Shown: positions 55,440-64,000 of the stretch, one piece after another
How the letters are laid out: each line of letters opens with the position of its first letter
How positions within the stretch are numbered: the stretch's first letter is position 1
NCBI GenBank assembly: GCA_009914755.4
Contig: CP068257.2
Location: forward strand, 25,824,001 to 25,888,000
DNA from: the human T2T-CHM13v2.0 reference genome, Homo sapiens
DNA: 64,000 nt
Direction: 5' to 3'
Made by a program: the position numbers and the translations under genes
Notes under the pieces: model-generated
The model's input: the letters and a program-made list of their open reading frames with translations, nothing else
Databases searched by the model: none
What the model was told of the DNA's origin: nothing

Positions 55440-55556
55440 TTATGTATTGTGATGATTAATTTTGTGTGTCAACTTAGCTAGACTATTTTGCCCAGTTTTT
55501 TGATCAAGTACCATTGTAGATGTTGTTGTGAAGGCACTTTTAAAGATGTGATTAGT
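55440..55556 (-). mobile_element. 3'-terminal part of an old MaLR-class LTR (MLT1-like 'tgtcttagtcagggttctcc...ccaagttgacacataaaattaaccatcaca' family) in antisense orientation. It is the left half of an LTR that was split by the L1 and Alu insertions.
   Basis: The reverse complement of 55440-55556 is 'ctaatcacatctttaaaagtgccttcacaacaacatctacaatggtacttgatcaaaaaactgggcaaaatagtctagctaagttgacacacaaaattaatcatcaca'. That matches the family 3' end '...gttaatctcatctaaaaaataccttcacagcaacatctag...tgaccaaatatctgggcac...ccaagttgacacataaaattaaccatcaca'. The subfamily is tentative. Confidence 0.55.
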
Positions 55557-57374
55557 TCTAGATCCTTGAGGAATTGCCACACTGTCTTCCACAATGAACT
55601 AATTTACACTCCCAATAACAGTGTAAAAGCATTCCTATTTCTCCAAATCGTCTCCAGCATCTGTTGTTTCCTGACTTTTTAATGATCGCCATTCTAACTG
55701 GCATGAGATGGTATCTCATTGCGGTTTTCATTTGCATTTCTCTGATGGCCAGTGATGATGAGCATTTTTTCACGTGTCTCTTGGCTGCATAAATGTCGCC
55801 TTTTGAGAAGTGTCTGTTCATATCCTTTGCCCACTTTTTGATGGAGTTGTTTGTTTTTTTCTTGTAAATTTGTTTAAGTTCTTTGTAGATTCTGGATATT
55901 AGCCTTTTGTCAGATGGGTAGATTGTAAAAATTTTCTCCCATTCTGTAGGTTGCCTGTTCACTCTGAAGGTAGTTTCTTTTGCGTGCAGAAGCTCTTTAG
56001 TTTAATTAGACCCCATTTGTCTATTTTGGCTTTTGTTGCCATTGCTTTTGGTGTTTTAGTCATGAAGTCTTTGTCCATACCTATGTCCTGAATGGTATTG
56101 CCTAGGTTTTCTTCTTGGGTTTTTATGGTTCTAGGTCTTACATTTAAGTTTTTAATCCATCTTGAGTTAATTTTTGTATACAGTGTAAGGAAGGGATCCA
56201 GGTCTAGCTTTCTACAAATGGCTAGAAAGTTTTCCCAGCACCATTTATTAAATAGGGAATCCTTTCCCCATTGCTTTTTTTTGTCAGGTTTGTCAAAGAT
56301 CAGATGGTTGTAGATGTGTAGTGTTATTTCTGAGGCCTCTGTTCTGTTCCATTGGTCTACATATCTGTTTTGGTACCAGTACCATGCTGTTTTGGTTATT
56401 GTAGCCTTGTAGTATAGTTTGAAGTCAGGCAGCATGATGCCTCCAACTTCGTTCTTTTTGCTTAGGCTTGTCTTGGCTATGCAGGCTCTTTCTTGGTTCC
56501 ATATGAACTTTATAGCAGTTTTTTCCAATTCTGTGAAGAAAGTCATTGGTAGCTTGATGGGGATGGCATTGAATCTATAAATTACCTTGGGCAGTATGGC
56601 CATTTTCATGATATTGATTCTTCCTATCCATGAGCATGGAATGTTCTTCCATTTGTTTGTGTCCTCTTTTATTTTGTTGAACAGTGGTTTGTAGTTTTCC
56701 TTGAAAAGGTGCTTCGCATTCCTTGTAAGTTGGATTCCTAGATATTTTATTCTCTTTGTAGCAATTGTGAATGGGAGCTAACTCATGATTTGGCTCTCTG
56801 TTTATCTGTTATTGGTGTATAGGAATGCTTTTGATTTTTGCTAGAAATACCATTTGACCAAGTGATCCCACTACTGAGTGTATACCCAAGGGTTTATAAA
56901 TCATGCCTCTATAAAGACACATGCACACGTATGTTTTTTGTGGCACCATTCACAATAGCAAAGACTTGGAACCAACCCAAATGTCCATCAATGATAGACT
57001 GGATTAAGAAAATATAGCACATATACACCATGGAATACTATGCAGCCATAAAAAAGGATGAGTTCATGTCCTTTGCAGGGACATGAATGAAGCTGGAAAC
57101 CATCATTTTCAGCAAACTATTGCAGGGACAGAAGGCCAAACACTGCATGTTTGCACTCATAGGTGGGAATTGAACAATGAGAACACATGAACACAGGGCA
57201 GGGAGCATCACACACTGGGGCCTTTCGGGGAGTGGGGGGCTGCAGGAGGGATAGCATTAGGAAAAATACCTAATGTAAATGATGAGTTGATGGGTGCAGC
57301 AAGCCAACATGGCATATGTATACCTATGTAACAAACCTGCACATTGTGCACATGTACCCTAGAACTTAAAGTAA

Positions 57375-57424
<50 letters not shown>
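55557..57424 (+). mobile_element. L1PA-type LINE-1 3' fragment of about 1.87 kb with a twin-priming 5' inversion. The inverted (antisense) segment at 55557-56841 covers the ORF2 middle to C-terminal region. The direct (sense) segment at 56842-57424 covers the ORF2 C-terminus, the 3'UTR and a (TA)n-converted tail at 57376-57424. TSDs of 12-13 bp, 'agatgtgattagt' and 'gatgtgattaat', sit at 55544-55556 and 57425-57436.
   Basis: The reverse complement of 55557-56841 reads L1 ORF2 from '...gcaaaaatcaaaagcattcctatacaccaataacag...' to '...cagtgtggcaattcctcaaggatctaga'. The minus-strand ORFs 55959..56609 ([24 protein letters not shown]...[41 protein letters not shown]...) and 55558..55962 (...[95 protein letters not shown]) are recognisable L1 ORF2p. 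The plus strand from 56842 reads 'ctagaaataccatttgacc...tatacccaagggtttataaatcatgcctctataaagacacatgcacacgtatgtttt..gcaccattcacaatagcaaagacttggaaccaacccaaatgtccatcaatgatagactggattaagaaaat...ggcatatgtatacctatgtaacaaacctgcacattgtgcacatgtaccctagaacttaaagtaaaataa', which is L1PA 3' end in sense. The inverted segment's 3'-most L1 position ('ggatctagaacta') abuts the direct segment's 5'-most position ('ctagaaatacc'), as twin priming expects. Confidence 0.88.
55558..56609 (-). pseudogene. L1 ORF2 protein (RT C-terminal / cysteine-rich domain) remnant reading frames. They are not a host gene.
   Basis: Two adjacent minus-strand ORFs (216 aa and 134 aa) translate to L1 ORF2p with one frame break, and they are truncated at both ends by the element boundaries. 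Confidence 0.85.
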
Positions 57425-57428
<4 letters not shown>

Positions 57429-57475
57429 TGATTAATATTTAAATTAGTAGACTTTGAGTAAGTAATATTATTCTC

Positions 57476-57957
<482 letters not shown>

Positions 57958-58260
57958 AATCTCTATCTCTGTCTCTCTCTCTCTCTCTCTCTCTATGTGT
58001 ATATATATATAGACTTATAGATATCTATATATACACACACTATATATACGTTCTATATGTACAAGATAATATACTACATATAATATACAAGATAATATAT
58101 TATATATATAATTATCTCTCCATATATCTCTCCATATATCTCTCCATATATTATATATATAATTATCTCTCCAGATATATCTCTGTATATATCTCCATAT
58201 ATGATATCATATATATGATATCATATATCATAATATATATGATAATATACATATTATCAT
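57958..58260. repeat. Composite low-complexity tract, (CT)n -> (TA)n -> AT-rich 12-mer repeats ('atctctccatat' x3-4) -> palindromic 'atgatatcatatat' repeats
   Basis: The sequence runs ctctatctctgtctctctctctctctctctctatgtgtatatatatatagac...attatctctccatatatctctccatatatctctccatatattatatat...atatgatatcatatatatgatatcatatatcataatatatatgataatat. Confidence 0.9.
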
Positions 58261-61228
58261 TTTTCAATTGATCTAATTTACTCACTCAAGAATTCTTTGA
58301 GGGCCTACTATGTATTAGAGAAACCATTCTCTATGCTGAGGAGTCAAGATTGAGGAAGTTTCCATCATAGATCTTTCATTTCTAATAAATAAGGAATAAA
58401 TTAAAGAAAATACTTGATACTTACAAGAGCTATGAATAAAATAAACTAATGATATAATAACACCGCAGTGTGGCTACACATGACTTCAAAATACACTTGT
58501 TGGGAATTTGCCACTGCCTGTGGCAAGTTCCCTTTCTACTTCACTTGTAATTCTATTACAGTATTTATCACCTGTGGGGCATATATACGCATATATGCCC
58601 ATGTACACCTGTGAATTCCTTAAGAGCAGAAACTCATTTAAATGCATATTTCTGGTACTAGCATATTGTCCTCTATATGTAATACATGTGTACTAAATAT
58701 TTATTAAATATATATTTATTTAATAGATAAATTACTGCATCCTCCCATTCTGTCAATTTCTGGGAAACTCCGAAATTAACCCCTCATCTTTAAAAAGCTA
58801 CCTTTATAATTTTTGAAAGGATATGCACAAGTATAAATATGTGTGTATATGAATTCAATACATGCACGGAGTTTCAAAAATCAAATCATACAGAATGGCT
58901 CAAAGGCAAATTATTAGTTTTCTTAGTTGCTTTTCTTAAAGCTTATCCTTGTTCTTCAAAACCATTCGTATTTAAATGCTTTGGTTTATAGTGGCTAAAT
59001 AATATGTTGATATTACTTGTGTATGATTTATCAGGTTTGGCTTCTCATCTTATTCTATTCACATATAAATATTTACATTATTATTTTGGATATTTAAAAC
59101 CATCTTTGAAAGTTGATATTATATTTAAATATTTTCCATCAACTATAGACAGAATCTAGAGGAATAGATTTTTAAGAGGAGAATAGCAGCTCCCCTAATT
59201 TTGCTTTCACTTCTTCACACACTTTCATCCCAACTTCTGTCAAGTAGAAATTTCATTGTCAAGTTTGATAACATTTACATTGTCTTTGATAAATGTACTT
59301 AAATCTTCCATTCCTCTCTACAAGAGGATTGCCAGAATTAAAAGATAATGATCTTCAGCATTACATAATAGCACAAAATGCAAGTAAAAAAGAAACAAAA
59401 ACTTTAAGAAGAAAAAGGCTAATAAAACAGTTGTGATACAAAAATTAAAGAACTAGTCAATTTGTTAAGGAAGCCAGTGAGTCCAATAATAAGGGTAAGA
59501 TAGAATAATAGAAGATGCTAAGAACTGACATTAAGGTGGATATTAAGAAGGAATGATATTAAAAATATCGTCAAAACAGCGTGTGTTCTTTCTCTTAATA
59601 AAAAAAATCAATCAATCAATCAATTAGAAATCCAGGAAGTATCAAAAATATATAACATATTACAAAAGCCCAGGTATGAAGTTAATTATACAGTCGGGTG
59701 ATTGTCATGAGCAACTTGTGAATTGTAACGAGGGACAAAGAATCAATTTCAACATCGCCCTTTAAACGGCAAAGGCACTGTTAAATTTGAACCATAGGGA
59801 AGAAAATGTGCTTGTTGTCTCAGTACTTGTTCTATGGGGCATGTTTATGACATTACAGTAAGAGAGGAGTTCTTGGTCTTTTTCCCTCTAATGCAAAACT
59901 AACATCCCGCTAAATGCATTTTTTTAAAACGTAGTAGTGATACATTTGAAATATCTAATTAGTTAATGTCTTTTATTTAAACTGGATGGAACTATATTCC
60001 TAATCACTTTGCTATCTTAAGCATATAGATGTATAAATTGTAATTTAAAAGTTCGTGCTGATATAAAAGAGGACAAATCGAAATCATTTGGAAAAATTTC
60101 TTCAAATAGTTTTTATACCAATGACTCTGCTTAGTTTAAGCCAATTAGAGAATAAATGGGATTGAATTAACAGGCAGAATATTTTTGACTTTATCATCAG
60201 CAAATTCAGATATCATTTAAATCAGGTCAGTGACAAAATTAATTTCATACGCATTCTCTCTGCTTTTCAGTATCAAATTTAATTGATATTTTTTCTTATT
60301 TTCACTCCAAATACTTCCACCCTTCTGAAACTCCCACTCCCTGTCCACACCAATCCTGAACACATTACCATGATAGTAATGTCTTTACGTAAGTAACTTG
60401 ATCTCCTCCCCCTAGAATATTATTCCCTAAATTTTCACAAGACTGACATATTGTGATTAAGATTTTGGTTTAAATGTCACCTCCTCAAGGAAATATTTTG
60501 TATTTTTTCAAATTAAACTTTAACGTGAGAATACTCTCAAGTACCTTCCAAAGAAAATAAATAGGTGACAAATTTCATAATCTGAACTATTCTTGTTCTA
60601 TCCCACAGTTGATTGATGGTTTATGGAATTCTTGACTGAAAATAATTTACTCTTACAAATCTGAAGAAATTGCTCAGTGGAATTCTAGCATCCGGTTGGA
60701 TGATAAGAAATTTTCTAGTAATCGGTTTCTCGTTTCTTTGTAACTGACTTGTTTTGCTTTCTCTCCAGGAAATGTTTAGGATTTTTGTTTTCAGCTTAAC
60801 TGTTCATTGATTCTGAGATTAAATATCTAGAATATTTGTACTGGAAGGTTTTCTGGTGGGGTAGGAAATTTTCTTACATTATTTAAAAATATTTTCTTTT
60901 TTTCTGTTCTTTTTTTTTCTATGATCTCTTGTTAGATCTTCTGTTAACTAACAGAAGTAGATTTCTAGAACTCCCAGAAGTTAATCTTTATACGTATCTT
61001 ATTAGTTGACATTTGAAAAACTATGGTTTAACAATCTAGAATGGCTAACTGATATTTCTAAAACTTTTTAGTTAGATTAGTGTTTCTAGAACTCCTACTT
61101 ATTGAAATGATAATTTCTGTTTTTGTTTTTCTTTTTTATGTCTTACTACTTTATCTCTCTGTTCTAAATTCTGAGATATTTCCATGTCTTTATTTCCAGT
61201 GCCCTCAGCTTGATTTTTGTTTAAGCAA

Positions 61229-61593
61229 TAATATGGTTTGGCTGTGTCCCCATCTCATCTTGAATTGTAGCTCCCCTAATTCCCATGTGTCATGGGAGGG
61301 ACCCTGGTGGGAGGTAATGAGGTAATTGAATCATGGTGGATGGTTTTTGCCGGGCTGTTCTGGTGATAGTGAGTAAGTCTCATGAGATCTGCCAGTTGAT
61401 AAAGGGGAGTTCCTCTGCACATGCTCTCTCTTGCCAGCTGCCGTGTAAGACCTGGCTTGCTTCCCCTTTGCTTTCTGCCATGATTGTGAGGCCTCCCCAG
61501 CCATGTGGAACAGTGAGTCAATTAAACCTTTTCTTTATAAATTACTCAGTTTGGGGTATGTCTTTATTAGCAGCACGAGAACAAACTAATACA
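61229..61593 (+). mobile_element. Solo THE1/MST-type ERVL-MaLR LTR
   Basis: It starts 'aatatggtttggctgtgtccccatctcatcttgaattgtagctcccctaattcccatgtgtcatgggagggaccctggtgggaggtaat..gaatcatggtgg' and ends '...gccatgattgtgaggcctccccagccatgtggaacagtgagtcaattaaaccttttctttataaattactcagtttggggtatgtctttattagcagcacgagaacaaactaataca'. That is a full-length match to the THE1-family LTR consensus. The ORFs at 61080-61680 are translations of this LTR. Confidence 0.8.
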
Positions 61594-64000
61594 AGCCGTC
61601 ATTTTTTTTTATGTTTGACTTCCTTCTTACTCTCTTATAGTTTGCTTTTCATATTACTCTGGTCTTATGTTTTGTCTTAAACATAGTGGGTTTAACTCAT
61701 GTTTACTCAGAACCTCTACATGCAAATTTATTTGGAAATATGATCTTTACAGATGTAGTTAAGATGAAGTCACATTGGATTAGGATGGACTGTAAATCCA
61801 ATGACTAGTGTTTCTATGAGGTGAAATGACACACAGATACAGACCGAGACAACATGTGAGGATACAGCAGAAATTAGCATTATGCAGCCAGAGGCCAAGA
61901 GCACCAAGGATTGCAAGGAGCAACTAGAAGCCAACAAGAGTCAAGAACAGGTTCTTCCCTACGGCTTTCATGGGGATCATAACCTTGCTGACACCTTGAA
62001 TTTGAACTTTAGTCCCCTAAACTGTAATTGAATAAGCTTCTGTTTTAAGCCACTCAGTTTGTGATAATATATGATGGGAGCACTAGTAAACTAATACACT
62101 AAGTTTCTATTCAATACTATATAGAGGTTTGTTTTTATTTTAGTTATTTTCTATTGTCTTAATAATTGTTCTTTCCACATTATTTTGTTAGCTTTTTGTT
62201 GTCCTTGAAGAGAGGCTATCAAAAGCATCTAAAATTCTTTTTATTAAGTGTTCAGATTTAAGAAAAAAGTAGTGTAAAGGCTAAGTAGGGTTCTGAGTAG
62301 ATAGGGGAAACCTGTCACCTGTTAAATTTTAAATGGTTATGACAGATGCCGCATGATAGTTGGCTTTGTTCTGTGGCACTGACATCAACAATATTTGTCC
62401 TTCTGTTTCTCAGGGATTTTATCTACTTTCTTTGGAAAGAAAACCTCCAGTACTTCCTGTCAATAGCATCATTTTCCCAAACACTGTACTTCAGAATCAT
62501 GGGCTCTTCTTTGAACCCTCCTGTCCATTTATTCTCCGTACCCAAATCTTCTTAACTTTTCCTTTAAATTCTCTCCCACCACTGTCAATGCATTTAATTT
62601 CCTGATGTTTTCAGTGAACTTTTAAGCCTTTGTTATTTGATGCCTGAACGTTATCAGGAAAATTTTATCTTCTTTTTCCTCCAAACCCCCTTTCATTTTA
62701 TATGCCACTACCAAATTCATCTTAAAACACTTCCTTTTTAAATCACTTATTCTTTCCAAAACCTCAGGAGCTTTCCTTAACCTTAGACTAAGCCCTGTGC
62801 TTTGGGATCCCCAGGGTTTTCTAACCTCCTTGATCTGATCTTCAATGGTCTCTTAATCTTAGCATCCCCTAGTAGAGCTTGGATACTGGCTCCAATAATC
62901 TTACCATCCCCAGGTAGAGCTACTGGCTCCAATAAACTGATCTACTCACTTAAGTCCCCAAATGCTTCTATCTCACTTCCTTTTACCCATTTGTTTGTTT
63001 GTGTTAACTAACCAAGAGTACTTTTTCCTCTTTTTGGCAACCCACAATTCTAAAACCCTTCAGTGCCTCATCTATAAAAATATACCTACACACTTCATTC
63101 CACATGAATCCTTATGAAATATTTTAGTCAATGATGAACGAATGATCATCTATCATATCATTCATCATGGACCAAGGTGTGTCACAGTATTATCTTTTCA
63201 TGTTGATTCATAATCTGAGAAGATCCTACTCTGCATTTATTTTACACATTTGACGCAAAGGCCTGAATACTTGATTCCTTAAATACATCTATAAAATTTT
63301 AAGGATAGAAAGTAACAATATAATAAGCCATTATTCAGTGTATTTGATTTTAAGATGAAGGCTTAAAGTAACCTTATTTATGTGTGTTTAATTAACTGAA
63401 CGGTGAAAAGTTCTAATATGGATGTTCAACATTACACTTGGTAGAGTTACCATAAAGATGTGACTAAAGAGGCACAAGATGTCTCCTTAAAAAAAATAGA
63501 TTATGAGTGTGGGTATAGTAGAAACATAAGAAAAATACTCAGTTTCTACCTCCCTTGCTAGAAGATCATATCTCTCATTACACAAATTTTAAACACCAGA
63601 TACTTTCCCAGCCTGTTTTATTAGTAAGCCAGGGGCTGTGACTCAGACAGTATCTCCATTCTGTTAATATGCTTAGATTCAAATACACGGAATTATTCTT
63701 AGTTTATCTTTTTCTCTAACACCTCACATTAAGTCCATCAGTACATCCTGCTTCCTCTGCTTTCACAATAGTTCCAGAATCTAATAGTGGGCACCCACTT
63801 CCATTCTGCCACCATAGCACCTCAATGGTGTTAGTCCAAAAGAGCCCCTATTTGATTTTTCTGCTTCCATGAATATCTCTCCAAGCTCCCATTCCCTTCC
63901 CAAAGTCCATACGCCACAGAGGAGCAGGAGTGAATCTTTGAAAATGTTGGTCAGATCATATCAATGCCATTTCCAAAACTCAACATCAATTTCACATTTC

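Noticed and set aside
55558-56609. Two long minus-strand ORFs (216 aa and 134 aa) that could be mistaken for a host gene
   Set aside because: They are unmistakably L1 ORF2p fragments ([14 protein letters not shown]..., ...[22 protein letters not shown]) inside a truncated, inverted L1 insertion with TSDs. That makes them a retrotransposon remnant.
58110-58260. Palindromic 'atgatatcatatat' repeats as possible transposon terminal inverted repeats or a replication origin
   Set aside because: They are part of a continuous AT-rich microsatellite or cruciform-prone tract derived from an LTR's internal simple repeat, and there are no flanking TSDs or transposase remnants.

Overview
This window reads as primate, most likely human, nuclear DNA from an AT-rich, gene-poor region, either intergenic or deep intronic. 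I see no bacterial or phage-like gene organisation, no CRISPR array, no rRNA or tRNA gene and no convincing protein-coding exon. Every ORF of about 100 aa or more in the six-frame track lies inside a recognisable interspersed repeat or a microsatellite. The supportable content is:

- about 12 full-length and 3 partial Alu elements, some looking young, with near-consensus sequence, intact CpGs, long pure poly-A tails and clear target-site duplications (TSDs)
- one L1PA-type LINE-1 3' fragment with a twin-priming 5' inversion and 12-13 bp TSDs, inserted (followed by an Alu) into an older MaLR-class LTR
- several old L1M-type ORF2 fragments
- several THE1/MST/MLT-like ERVL-MaLR LTRs, including two LTR-internal-LTR non-autonomous MaLR proviruses of one family and a THE1 LTR plus internal region with an Alu nested in the LTR
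- many microsatellites, namely (CA)n/(GT)n, a ~210-bp (GAAA)n at an Alu tail, (TA)n and composite CT/TA tracts
- two small tandem duplications (33 bp x3 and 58 bp x2).

No novel biological system is evident. The findings are structural observations on the repeat landscape. Family and subfamily names are assigned by eye from remembered consensus motifs and are tentative beyond the class level.
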